DNA of 64,000 nt, taken from contig JBGASG010000001.1 of assembly GCA_044229845.1 (NCBI GenBank), positions 800,001-864,000 of the forward strand, read 5' to 3'. Under the pieces are notes generated by a model, which was given only the letters and a program-made list of their open reading frames with translations, had not been told where the DNA came from and did not search any database. Both the position numbers and the translations under genes were made by a program. The DNA comes from Candidatus Obscuribacteraceae bacterium (GTDB taxonomy: Bacteria > Cyanobacteriota > Vampirovibrionia > Obscuribacterales > Obscuribacteraceae). How positions within the stretch are numbered: position 1 is the first letter of the stretch; the number at the start of each line of letters is the position of its first letter. Of the stretch, positions 20,015 through 29,784 are shown one piece after another.

Positions 20015-21160
20015 TCAGACCAGAGCCTTGCGCAGCTTGGGATCGCGCAGCTTCCAGATGGCTGAATCGGTCAGAAAGTGATGCAGGTTGATGACACAGA
20101 ACACGGTGGCGAAGCACAGGGTGTAGTCGAAACCGAATTCCTGCAACAATCGCGGCAGCCCCACATATAGAAATATGGCGCCCAGGAGAAGAAACCCCAT
20201 ATAGCGCATGCCGGAACTCTGCTGCAGAAGTTTGAACAAGTCTCCAGCGGGCAGCCCATCGGCTTGCTTGTGCTCTTTCAGATAATGGGCGCCGGCGATG
20301 ACCACGTACTGGCTGCCGTGAAACAGCGCGGGAACGTAGAGCCACAAAAAACCGGATGCCTCTTTTCCAACTGTGAATATCAAAACGCCGGTCGCCAGCA
20401 TCAGCATCGCTGGTAGTGGCATCAGTTGACGTTCGACGATCAGTTTTCGTGTGACCATCACCACCAGCGCCAGCACACTGATCTCCAGAGAAATGGTGGC
20501 ACAGGCGAACACCCACGGTGGCAGTTGGAGAATGCGGGGAATCTCCAGCGCGAGAAATCCGTTGGCGGACCACTCGTGGAAGGTCAGCTGGCGCACGATG
20601 GCGAAAGCGGCTGTCGCGTTCATAAGCAGCCAGATGACGCGCTTTTCCAGGTCTTTCAGTTTGTAGTTGTTCTTAAAACAATAGAGCAGCACCATCCCAT
20701 AGGTTTGGGCGGTGAAGTGTTGCACGACCCAGATCAGATAGATCTTAGCCAGGTAAGGCGTCATACCCTTGACGAACAGCGCAGTCATGCCCAGGGCGGC
20801 GAAACCAAGGGCCGCCCAGTGCGTGTATTTGCTGTACTGACGCCTGGTTTCCGGTGTGCGGTAGGCGCGGACCAGGGTGGCGACGGTGTGTGTCTCGCTG
20901 AAGCAGTGGGTGAGGATTATGCCGAAGACGACCATCATCTGGGTGAGCGCCACGTTCTTTGTGGGCGCAATCAGAAAATAGTGCACCGCGAAAACTGCCC
21001 AAACCAATCCGCCGCAACATAAGAGCATGTCGATGGCGGGGTGCAGAATCCAACCGTATGGTTTGGATCCGGATCTAGATTCTGCACCGACCGCCGTCTC
21101 GGCGTTGCCGGCTGATCCCAGTGGGGAGTCGGCTGAGCCAAGAGCTATCGACTGTGACAT
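20015..21160 (-). CDS. Polytopic membrane protein with His motifs
   Basis: Many TM helices; HCFSETH, QHFTAQTYG, FHGSQY, LHHFLTD. Confidence 0.75.
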   Translation of the reverse strand: MSQSIALGSADSPLGSAGNAETAVGAESRSGSKPYGWILHPAIDMLLCCGGLVWAVFAVHYFLIAPTKNVALTQMMVVFGIILTHCFSETHTVATLVRAYRTPETRRQYSKYTHWAALGFAALGMTALFVKGMTPYLAKIYLIWVVQHFTAQTYGMVLLYCFKNNYKLKDLEKRVIWLLMNATAAFAIVRQLTFHEWSANGFLALEIPRILQLPPWVFACATISLEISVLALVVMVTRKLIVERQLMPLPAMLMLATGVLIFTVGKEASGFLWLYVPALFHGSQYVVIAGAHYLKEHKQADGLPAGDLFKLLQQSSGMRYMGFLLLGAIFLYVGLPRLLQEFGFDYTLCFATVFCVINLHHFLTDSAIWKLRDPKLRKALV

Positions 21161-21948
21161 ACCAGCTCTGCCCTTTCTGATTTGTCTTCGGATGAAGTGC
21201 TTTCGAACGCTCGATCGAGTGCCACTATGAAATGAGCCATTTCTTCCGGTGTCGGATCCGGTCTGTTGTACCAGCTGGGTTCCGCCACGGTCGTGGTTGC
21301 CACCACGGGCAGGGACTCGGATACTGTGATTGCGTTTGCGGAAACCGGCGTACGGCGGGCAACTCTGCGCACCGCATTTTCGGAGGCACTGCACCCGCCT
21401 TTGCTGGAAGCCGTGTTTTTCATGTCGTCATTACTGGCGCCGAACAACTTAGTCTGCACTAGGACCTGGCGACCGGAAATGCACATGACGAATTCCGTCC
21501 AGAAGCGACGGCTCATCCAGAGGCTAATTGCGACCCCAGCCAATGTCATCAACGAAGGCCCATAGACGAGAGCCGAGGCCATTAAGCAGCACGTGTTGAA
21601 GTGGAACAGCAGCTTCATGCTGTTTTTCAGTGACTTGACGGTCTTGCTGCGCGCTGGTTCAGGTAGCATTCTGATCGCCAGCGCGAAGAACGTAACACCG
21701 GCGAGCAGACCAACCATCGTCGGCATGGTGAAGAAGTTAGGCGCAGACTGAGCGGCGCTGTTAATCACGGTTGCTTCAATAAAAGATGGATCTCCAATTC
21801 CGCACCCGACTCGAACAATTGTTGCTTCGCTCATGTTTTGCGAAGAAACGGTCGTCAGCGCATTTTGTGCATGCGCGGCGATGTCCGAGCTTCCAGACAG
21901 AAGCGCAGCACAAAGTGCGCTCCCTGAGAGCTTCGTGAACTTATTCAT
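21145..21948 (-). CDS. Hypothetical signal-peptide/membrane protein
   Basis: GAGGA RBS; signal peptide ending AHA; about 3 TM segments; overlaps next gene. Confidence 0.7.
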   Translation of the reverse strand: MNKFTKLSGSALCAALLSGSSDIAAHAQNALTTVSSQNMSEATIVRVGCGIGDPSFIEATVINSAAQSAPNFFTMPTMVGLLAGVTFFALAIRMLPEPARSKTVKSLKNSMKLLFHFNTCCLMASALVYGPSLMTLAGVAISLWMSRRFWTEFVMCISGRQVLVQTKLFGASNDDMKNTASSKGGCSASENAVRRVARRTPVSANAITVSESLPVVATTTVAEPSWYNRPDPTPEEMAHFIVALDRAFESTSSEDKSERAELVCHSR

Positions 21949-22036
21949 GCGTAGTTCCTCTTATGAGGCGGCGGCAGGAATTCCTGCCACATTTGTAGTA
22001 AGTGCCTTCATGTTAGGGGGAAACTCAGCGGTTTTC

Positions 22037-22429
22037 CTATGGGGAAAATCCTGGATCGCGTGGCAAGTCTCCGAGAACTCGGGCAAGTTCTTCGATACTG
22101 GTTGGTGGCGTTTCTTCCAGATACCTACATATGGCGTTGACCAGGCTGGAGAATCGATCTGGATCCATTGCCGAGAGTTGCGACTTATTCAGCATGCGAA
22201 TCGCTGTCAGTTCATCGGCGGACTCTGTGTCAGCGTGTATCAACAAGTAGTCTTTGCCGCCGATGTTGACGTTGTAGCGTACTAAAAACGATCCCGTCGC
22301 CAGCGACTCCATGTCTTGCAACTCCAGTTCGACACCGCGGTCTGTCAGCCTGCGCGCCATGATGGCAATCACCTTGCCGCCTTTGATCGGGCGACCTTGC
22401 AATTCCAGCTGCCACTTCAGTTGGGGCAT
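22037..22429 (-). CDS. Hypothetical protein
   Basis: 130-aa ORF co-oriented with its neighbours, protein-like composition. Confidence 0.65.
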   Translation of the reverse strand: MPQLKWQLELQGRPIKGGKVIAIMARRLTDRGVELELQDMESLATGSFLVRYNVNIGGKDYLLIHADTESADELTAIRMLNKSQLSAMDPDRFSSLVNAICRYLEETPPTSIEELARVLGDLPRDPGFSP

Positions 22430-22448
22430 GATGGCGGCGCGGCGCGGA

Positions 22449-23009
22449 CTAAACTTGCAGAGCCGCGCTCAACTTGGCACCATCAGCTTCTTTGATCTGG
22501 ATGGTGACAAGTTCTTCTTCGCTGATGCGATCCAATTCTTTTTGCAAGTCCGGTTTGCGTATCGCAGAAGGCACAGCCAGGGTGGCTTGCATTTTGAACA
22601 GCGGCGTGCCGGTCTCCGGTGCGTGCACCACTTCTGTCTCCATGCTCTGAATGTTGATGGAGCGGTCGCGCAACAATTGCGCCACTTTGTAAACGATACC
22701 TTCGTGATCGGCGCCTTCCAGCGTAATGTGATACCACGAGTGACCGGCGAAACGATCCGAGATGGCCGGTTTGGTGCTTTTAGTGGTGACGGTGATGCCT
22801 TCTTTCTGGAGGGCGCTCAAATCCTTATTGAGGGCATCCAGTTTGGCGGCGTCAGCGGAAATCAATACGATGGCGGCGAACTCTCCGCCGAGGATAGCCA
22901 TGCGGCTTTCTTCGAGATTGGATTCGTGCTTGACGAGCACTTCAGTCAGTCGGGCGACGATACCGGGGCGGTCTTCACCGACAACGGTGAGTAAATATTT
23001 GCTCTGCAC
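22449..23009 (-). CDS. GcvR-like tandem ACT-domain protein
   Basis: VVGEDRPGIVA and LEGADHEGIV ACT loops; GTG 23009 with AGGA RBS (track start 23093 overlaps the next gene). Confidence 0.88.
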   Translation of the reverse strand: MQSKYLLTVVGEDRPGIVARLTEVLVKHESNLEESRMAILGGEFAAIVLISADAAKLDALNKDLSALQKEGITVTTKSTKPAISDRFAGHSWYHITLEGADHEGIVYKVAQLLRDRSINIQSMETEVVHAPETGTPLFKMQATLAVPSAIRKPDLQKELDRISEEELVTIQIKEADGAKLSAALQV

Positions 23010-23055
23010 TTGCTGGCATCCTGCTTGGCTGGGGGGACCTATTTTAGCAACATTA

Positions 23056-23508
23056 TCAACCGTGGGTGATGCACTGGTCGAAGGTGTCGCCACCGAGATC
23101 CACTTTGATTTGTTCTTTGTCTACGTGCACGGCTTCCAGTTTCGACTTCAGCAAAAGAAACGAACCGGAGATGGTGCGATCGCCATCAAAGGTCATGGAG
23201 AAACCGTCGTTGAATACCGCGTAGGAACCGGTGATTTCGCGGGGAAGTGAGATCTTCATGCCGACGGTGGAGACCACCATCGGTTCGGCGCTGTTGTGGA
23301 ACTTGCCACCATCAGCGGTGGGGCTGAAGATAATGTCGCCGCGCCTTCCCAGGGTGGCAAAATCATTTTCGGAAAGTGGGAAGCCGAACAAGTGCGACAT
23401 TTCCGATAGCGGTGCGCCACCGCCGCCGTTTTTATGCAACCTGTGTACGGTGTCGATCGCGTGCAATGCAATCGAATGCAGTGCATCATTGCGATAGCAC
23501 TGAGGCAT
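23056..23508 (-). CDS. Hypothetical protein
   Basis: AAGGAG RBS before ATG 23508. Confidence 0.65.
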   Translation of the reverse strand: MPQCYRNDALHSIALHAIDTVHRLHKNGGGGAPLSEMSHLFGFPLSENDFATLGRRGDIIFSPTADGGKFHNSAEPMVVSTVGMKISLPREITGSYAVFNDGFSMTFDGDRTISGSFLLLKSKLEAVHVDKEQIKVDLGGDTFDQCITHG

Positions 23509-23723
23509 ATGGACTCCTTGCTGCCGAGACTCTATGCAGCTGATCATACAGCCTTGACAGCTTCAAATCAGGCTGTGATTGGTCGCGCCGGCGATAATGT
23601 AGCTCATGTATGACAACGTAGCCGAATTAAGAGAATTGGGATATGTTGATTAATAGGGATACTTGTGCGAACTTGGAGAGTGAAACCGGCTGGCTCTTCC
23701 GGCATTGAGGACAAGTCTTAAAA

Positions 23724-25136
23724 GTGCATACCGCGAAGGTTTCTAAGCTGATGCTGGCGCTGACGGCGCTGGTATTGCTTGCGCTGCCTTTTGCACAGCC
23801 GTCCCGGGCGCAAGACGATGTCACACCTTTGATGAGCAATCTGGTTCAGGGTGATGAGGAAGCCGGCGGACAGAGCAATTACTATAGCTTCGTGGCGGGA
23901 CCCGGCGACTTTACCGTGACAGGCAGTGGTGCTACAAATTCGGAGTCGTCCACCCTCAACGTCGTCGTCCGCGATTCCGAGGATATTGAACTGTGCAACA
24001 TGGTGGTGCCCGCATCGGCGGGAGCCCGTCCCGTGACCTGCAAGCCGATTCACCTGAAGCGGCAAATGCCGCTTACCATGCAAGTTTTGTTCGGCGAGCG
24101 GGTTGGGGTGCACATCCGCTATCAGATCAGGCTCAGCGGTGCCGTTGGCATGCAAGGAGCTGCCCAGCCGCCCCAGATGCCGAAGGTGGCTACGGCGCCC
24201 GACTTCGAGAGGGAGATTGCCGTTTCTCCGCCTCCGTCAGTGCCGGTGACCACCAGAGCGGCAACCACCGTGGCGGTAATGCCGCCCCCGGCCGCCAAAG
24301 AACTCAGCATTGCGCCGACCGACGCCGCAGATATTATCAACACTCCCGTAACAGACAAGTGGGCGCTGATCGTTGGTGTCAGCCAGTTTCAGAAACCGGA
24401 ACTCAATCTCAAATATCCGGCAAAGGACGCCACGGATCTTTATGATTACCTGACCAAGGAAGCCAATTTCGCACCAGATCATGTGAGGCTCCTGCTCAAC
24501 GAAAAGGCTACCAAGCAAAACGTGATTCGCGAGCTGGGCGATAACTTTTTGCCTCGCTTGGCTCGACCGGATGACCTGGTTGTGATTTTCATATCCAGCC
24601 ACGGCAGCCCGTCGCAGGCTGATCTTGAGGGTCTCAATTATTTAGTGCTGTACAACACCGATCCAAAGAGCCTTTATTCAACCGGGCTTTCCCTCGATGA
24701 ACTGTCATCGGCAATCAAGCATCGCATCAAAGCCAAGCGCGTGGTGCTGATCGTAGATGCCTGTCACAGTGCGGCGATGGACATCGCGTCCAAGGGAATA
24801 ACGCGCCAGGGAAATGTCGACAGCAAAGCACTGTTGGCCGGCACCGGACAACTGGTTATTTGTTCGAGCTCACCCAGTGAGGTGTCGTGGGAATCGGAGC
24901 GCTACAAAAATGGTGTGTTCACGCGTCAGCTGATTGAAGCGCTGCGGGTGAACTCCGGCAAGGTGCCCCTCAAACAGGCTTTCGAAAAACTGAAGAAGTC
25001 GGTTGTGGAAGAAGTTCTCTACGATCGCAAAGAGCTGCAAACTCCCGTGTTCAGCAGCAAGTGGAGCGGTGATGAACTGATTCTATCCACGCCGCCGACC
25101 AGCCCTCGTAACGTTCCTGAAGACATCGATCACTAG
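23724..25136 (+). CDS. Secreted caspase-family (C14) protease
   Basis: Signal peptide; KWALIVGVS, catalytic SHG and DACHS, NGVFT. Confidence 0.9.
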   Translation: MHTAKVSKLMLALTALVLLALPFAQPSRAQDDVTPLMSNLVQGDEEAGGQSNYYSFVAGPGDFTVTGSGATNSESSTLNVVVRDSEDIELCNMVVPASAGARPVTCKPIHLKRQMPLTMQVLFGERVGVHIRYQIRLSGAVGMQGAAQPPQMPKVATAPDFEREIAVSPPPSVPVTTRAATTVAVMPPPAAKELSIAPTDAADIINTPVTDKWALIVGVSQFQKPELNLKYPAKDATDLYDYLTKEANFAPDHVRLLLNEKATKQNVIRELGDNFLPRLARPDDLVVIFISSHGSPSQADLEGLNYLVLYNTDPKSLYSTGLSLDELSSAIKHRIKAKRVVLIVDACHSAAMDIASKGITRQGNVDSKALLAGTGQLVICSSSPSEVSWESERYKNGVFTRQLIEALRVNSGKVPLKQAFEKLKKSVVEEVLYDRKELQTPVFSSKWSGDELILSTPPTSPRNVPEDIDH

Positions 25137-25140
25137 TTCA

Positions 25141-26061
25141 CTAGTTTTTCGCTTGCGTTTTCTTTGCCAGCCGACGCCATTCCGCCTTTTTAAGTCTGGC
25201 AGCCTTTTGCAGTACCTGCATGCGCTGCACGTACATGTCGGTGGCTTTGTCGGCATCGTCCGCGGCCGAAAGTCCGCGCGCAATCTCATCGAGATCGGCG
25301 GTCTTTGGCGTCACTTTGAAGGGCTTGCCGACTACGGCGCTGGCACCATAATTCTGGTGCCCGAACAGATTGCGAAACTTCTTCAGTCCAAGCCCCTGGA
25401 CCATCTTCTGGAAGAGCGTTGCATCTTTGGGATCGACTCGGTAATAGAGACCGATGGGCACGATCCAGATCGGCTCTTTGCGCTTGCGGGCAGCCATTTT
25501 GGCAATCAGCATAGTGCCTGATTTGAAGTCGGTGCGCCGCAACTCCTGGTCGGGAGTCAACTGTCCCTGCGGGAATATGACCATGCAGACATCGGGTCCG
25601 CCAGAAGCGAGGGCCGCGATCGTGGCTTTGAATGCCCTTGTGCGCGCCTCCTGATCTTCTTCGTTGACGGCGATTGCTCCGGTCATTGCCGCTACCCAAC
25701 CGCGCCACCCCTGCACTTCGGTAGTGCGAATCAAGTAATACATGGGACGCACACCGAGCAACGCGGATATGACTGATGCGTCGCCGGCGTCTACATGGAA
25801 TGGTGCGAGGATCATGGGACCCGACTGCGGCAGACGATGACGACCTCTGATCACAATCGGACCGACTTCCATAAAGCCCAGCAAAATGCAGAGGACTCGC
25901 ATCAGTCGGGCGGTCAAGTAAGTGGGAGTTGGTGGCACATAGCCACCGCCGCGGCACATGTGGACGTGCGGTCGCCAGTACGTAACGCCTTTGAACATCA
26001 AATTGCAAGAAACGAAGCACAGCGCCACGACGATCAGAAACGCCACCGTAATCGGTATCAT
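25141..26061 (-). CDS. Lysophospholipid acyltransferase (PlsC-like); start uncertain
   Basis: HxxxxD (HVDAGD), IFPQG, FKSG, IVPIG; N-terminal TM helix. Confidence 0.85.
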   Translation of the reverse strand: MIPITVAFLIVVALCFVSCNLMFKGVTYWRPHVHMCRGGGYVPPTPTYLTARLMRVLCILLGFMEVGPIVIRGRHRLPQSGPMILAPFHVDAGDASVISALLGVRPMYYLIRTTEVQGWRGWVAAMTGAIAVNEEDQEARTRAFKATIAALASGGPDVCMVIFPQGQLTPDQELRRTDFKSGTMLIAKMAARKRKEPIWIVPIGLYYRVDPKDATLFQKMVQGLGLKKFRNLFGHQNYGASAVVGKPFKVTPKTADLDEIARGLSAADDADKATDMYVQRMQVLQKAARLKKAEWRRLAKKTQAKN

Positions 26062-26158
26062 GATCGGAATACTGCTGAGTGAGCCGGGCATTGGTGAGAA
26101 ACCGAGAAAGTGCAAGTTGTGCCTGAAAAGATATACCCGGCGATGGCATAATCAATTT

Positions 26159-26878
26159 ATGGCATCTGGTCAAACCATGACTCGCAGCGCTCGGCACATC
26201 CTCAAGCAGGTGCAGCCCGGGCTGTGGCAGATCATTTTTCCGTTTCCCGCCCCGACCAACTGCTGGCTGTTTAAGGAAGACGACGGGCTGACGCTCGTGG
26301 ATGCCGGGCACTGGTGGAGTGGACCGATTATCCTCGATGCTGCCGCATGTATCGGACAGCCGATTAAGCGCATCGTGATCACGCATGCCCACCCCGATCA
26401 TGCCGGCGCCGCCGGTGCGGTGGCTGCCGCCAGTGGCGCCGCTGTGCTGGCTCACCAGGACGAAGCACCATTTTTGACGGGGCAGCGGTCTATGGCGCAG
26501 GAAGAAGGGTACTGGTTGTCACGCGCCGTGCTGTCGGGCGCAAAGATTGTCGGGGTGCTGGATAGTCCGCCCATAGACCCGGTGCTGCCTGTGCAGCACG
26601 GCGACATGATTGAGAACCTGCAAGTCATCCACACGCCCGGACATACCCCGGGCAGCATCAGCCTCTGGTCTGAGAAGGAAAAAGCGATTTTTTGCGGCGA
26701 TAACTTGATCTACAGCTTTCGTTTATTGCGCATCGGGCTGCCCTGGTTTACGCTCGATCACTCCCGCCAGAATTCCAGCCTGCGTGAATATGCCGAACGT
26801 CCGGCGCGACTGTTGCTGTCTGGACACGGACCTGTGTTCGAGGGAGATGTGCCCGCTGCGGTGAGGCGACTTATCTAA
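26159..26878 (+). CDS. MBL-fold metallohydrolase
   Basis: LVDAG, THAHPDH, HTPGHTPGS, GD, GHG. Confidence 0.93.
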   Translation: MASGQTMTRSARHILKQVQPGLWQIIFPFPAPTNCWLFKEDDGLTLVDAGHWWSGPIILDAAACIGQPIKRIVITHAHPDHAGAAGAVAAASGAAVLAHQDEAPFLTGQRSMAQEEGYWLSRAVLSGAKIVGVLDSPPIDPVLPVQHGDMIENLQVIHTPGHTPGSISLWSEKEKAIFCGDNLIYSFRLLRIGLPWFTLDHSRQNSSLREYAERPARLLLSGHGPVFEGDVPAAVRRLI

Positions 26879-27633
26879 ATCATGCGCGATGCGCGCGAAC
26901 GATGGGCCAGCAACCAGGAAAATAGACCTGGTTCCTGTACGCCGCGCAATAATGAATCGTGACCGACGCCTTCGTATTCGGTGAGACGCACGTCGGCGCC
27001 CAACTTTCTAAGTTCGCTATCGAGCAGTCGCGGTTCGCTGATTGGGCAGGGCTCGTCGGCGGTGCCGTGAATAAACCAGATTGGCACTTGCTGCACGGCT
27101 TGAGCGATAAAAGGACCTTGATGCTCGGGAGGCATCATGTACATGTTGTAGAACAAGTCTTGTTGGGACTTCTCTTCGGGCAAGAGGGGCGGCAGGTCTG
27201 GCTCTTCCCAGGTAATACCGACCGCGATGGCGCCGATGGCGGCAAAACGGTTGGGATGTCTGGCCGTCAACCAGAGGCTGCTCGTCGATCCCATTGAGTA
27301 GCCGAGCAGGGAGATGCGCGTCGTGTCGACATTGAAGTCACGCACTGCATCGTCTATGGCGGCAAACACCAGTTTTTCCATGTCTCCGTAATAGGCTCGG
27401 TAAACATCGCGGCATTGAGGAAACAGCATCACAGCTGGTGGCTTGACGACTTCGTCGATGACGTGATTGAGTCCGCTGCTCAACATGGCGGACGGATCCG
27501 ATCCGCGCTCACCAACTCCATGCATAAAGACGACGACTGGCGGTTTGGCATCCAGATCAATGCCGTCCGGCACATAGCGATAGCAAGAGTAGGGAATGTG
27601 CGGGTTGTCTGATGTGTGCAGATGAAAGGACAT
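26875..27633 (-). CDS. Alpha/beta hydrolase (esterase or predicted peptidase)
   Basis: FMHGVGERG, GYSMG nucleophile, HGTAD, GVGH. Confidence 0.9.
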   Translation of the reverse strand: MSFHLHTSDNPHIPYSCYRYVPDGIDLDAKPPVVVFMHGVGERGSDPSAMLSSGLNHVIDEVVKPPAVMLFPQCRDVYRAYYGDMEKLVFAAIDDAVRDFNVDTTRISLLGYSMGSTSSLWLTARHPNRFAAIGAIAVGITWEEPDLPPLLPEEKSQQDLFYNMYMMPPEHQGPFIAQAVQQVPIWFIHGTADEPCPISEPRLLDSELRKLGADVRLTEYEGVGHDSLLRGVQEPGLFSWLLAHRSRASRMI

Positions 27634-27749
27634 GGGACGCCTCGAGAGTTAATTTCCGCCGCCTCAGTATGGTATCAAACTAACTCTTTGCCTGGCTAAG
27701 CCCCTAGGTATATAGTGGTGGGACAACTCTGAAGTCAGACGGACGCAAA

Positions 27750-28421
27750 GTGGCGAAAATCCTTGTTGTCGAAGACGAAGAAGACCTGGCCAGTGTGGTC
27801 CGCGATTGGCTGGTACGGGACAACCATACCGTCGAAGTTGTAGATGACGGCGAGGCTGCCCTTGAAGATCTGATGATGCACAAGTTCGATCTCGTCGTGC
27901 TTGATTTGATGCTCCCAAAGTTGAACGGGCTGGAGATCTGTCGCAGATATCGCGCCAAGGGCGGGGATGCGCACATTCTGATGTTGACCGCACAATCTTC
28001 GCTTGATGACCGTGAAGCCGGGCTGGATATCGGTGCCGATGACTACTTGCCGAAGCCCTTCGAGCTGCGTGAACTGGTGGCGCGCGTGCGCGCACTCTTG
28101 CGCAGACCTTCCGCGCGCGTTCCGGAAACAGTGACCCTGGGCGAGCTTGTCATCGATATTCGTCAGGCAAGAGTGACCAAGTGCGGCGCCGAAGTGAAAC
28201 TGGTTCCGAAGGAGCTTGATCTGCTTTTATTTCTGGTGCGTCATCCGGGACAACACTTCACCGCGGAAGCCCTGCTCGAGCGCGTCTGGTCCTCGTCGGC
28301 GACACCACTGCCTGAGACAGTCAGAACTCACGTCAAGACGCTGCGCAAGAAAATCGACACGCCCGGGAAGCCCTCTGTGATCACTCACGTCCCCGGTTTT
28401 GGTTACAAACTAGAGCAGTGA
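27750..28421 (+). CDS. OmpR-family response regulator
   Basis: ILVVED, LDLMLP, GADDYLPKPF, winged-helix C-terminus GFGY. Confidence 0.96.
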   Translation: MAKILVVEDEEDLASVVRDWLVRDNHTVEVVDDGEAALEDLMMHKFDLVVLDLMLPKLNGLEICRRYRAKGGDAHILMLTAQSSLDDREAGLDIGADDYLPKPFELRELVARVRALLRRPSARVPETVTLGELVIDIRQARVTKCGAEVKLVPKELDLLLFLVRHPGQHFTAEALLERVWSSSATPLPETVRTHVKTLRKKIDTPGKPSVITHVPGFGYKLEQ

Positions 28422-29650
28422 AAATATTTCTCAAGCCGCGCTGGCGAATTATGATTGTTTTCGCAGTGCTGGCCAGCACCTTTTGCATTGTTGCCGGCAC
28501 CGTGGTCGACCGCATGTTTTACGACAGGTTGACCGACGCCATCGATCAAGAATTGACCGCACTTGCTGATGAGCTCAGCGCCTTCGTCGACCTCACGGAT
28601 CAAAAGCCCGATCTCGATCCCTGGCACCGCAAGGCGGGCATGATGCCTCGTTCTTTCGTCAACATAGCGCTCTACAATCCTGAAGGAAACTTGCTGGAGA
28701 GCTACGGACCAGAACCGTTCAAGGAAGTGATCAGCAATAAGTCCGAATTGATGCTGAACGGCGAGATGGTGCGAGCACTTTCAAGGAAGCTCGAGAGCAG
28801 CGGTAAGCATGTCGGATATTTGCAAATAATGGTCTCAACTCGGTCGCGTGACCAGGCGATGAACGAGTTGACTAATCTAATGCGCCTGGCACTACCTGTG
28901 GTGTTGCTCTGCTTCACCGTTGCGGGTTATTTCTTTTCTGGCTGGGCGATGAAACCGATCGAACAGGCCTTTGCAGGACACAAGCGTTTCATGAGCGATG
29001 CCAGTCACGAACTGAAAACTCCGCTCACCATCGCGCAGACTCACAGCGAAGCTCTGGAAGCAGAACTGGAAGAGCAAAACGTCAAAACGAACCGCTTGCA
29101 GATCATTCGTAGTGCGCACTCCCGCATTCATCGACTCATAGATGACCTGCTCTTGCTCACGCAAACCGAAGCTCAACGCTCCACACACATAGTCGAGGGC
29201 GTTTCCGCCAATCAGATGGTCACTTCGCTGGTTGAAGATTTCCAGGAGAAGTACAAAACTAAAGGCATCGACTTGCGCCTGGAGCTAGGTAACCCAGATG
29301 CAATTCTGCGCTGCGACCCAGAGATGATCAGGCGTGCAGTTTCCAACTTGATTGAAAATGCGTGGCGCTACACAGACAGTGGCGGTCAGGTCAAAGTGTC
29401 GGTGAGCGCCAATCGCGGTGAAGCAAAACTGACTGTGCAGGATAGTGGCATTGGTATCGCGGCGGAGGCTCTGCCGTTTCTTTTCGACCGCTTCTACCGG
29501 GTGGACGCTTCTCGTTCGAGCAAAGAGGGCGGCTCTGGGCTCGGGCTGTCGATCGTGAAAGCGATTGTCGAAGGGCACGGCGGGCACGTGACTGTGGCAA
29601 GCTCAGCCGGGGCGGGCAGCACTTTTACGGTCACGCTTCCGTCTGCTTGA
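28418..29650 (+). CDS. Membrane sensor histidine kinase
   Basis: 2 TM helices, DASHELKTPL, NLIENA, DSGIGI, GSGLGL. Confidence 0.96.
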   Translation: MKIFLKPRWRIMIVFAVLASTFCIVAGTVVDRMFYDRLTDAIDQELTALADELSAFVDLTDQKPDLDPWHRKAGMMPRSFVNIALYNPEGNLLESYGPEPFKEVISNKSELMLNGEMVRALSRKLESSGKHVGYLQIMVSTRSRDQAMNELTNLMRLALPVVLLCFTVAGYFFSGWAMKPIEQAFAGHKRFMSDASHELKTPLTIAQTHSEALEAELEEQNVKTNRLQIIRSAHSRIHRLIDDLLLLTQTEAQRSTHIVEGVSANQMVTSLVEDFQEKYKTKGIDLRLELGNPDAILRCDPEMIRRAVSNLIENAWRYTDSGGQVKVSVSANRGEAKLTVQDSGIGIAAEALPFLFDRFYRVDASRSSKEGGSGLGLSIVKAIVEGHGGHVTVASSAGAGSTFTVTLPSA

Positions 29651-29671
29651 GTCCATAAATAGGTGAATGAT

Positions 29672-29688
29672 CTTCACACCCACTTCAC
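29672..29688 (+). promoter_or_regulatory. Candidate OmpR-family binding site (CTTCAC direct repeat, 11-bp period)
   Basis: CTTCAC at 29672-29677 and 29683-29688, upstream of the RND operon. Confidence 0.45.
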
Positions 29689-29784
29689 GGTGAGTGCTTA
29701 ACCTGATTCATGTATCGATCTGTGTTTGCAGAGACACAGCCTTGATTGCACTGTCAGACACACGTTTTGGGCTAAGACGAAGTC

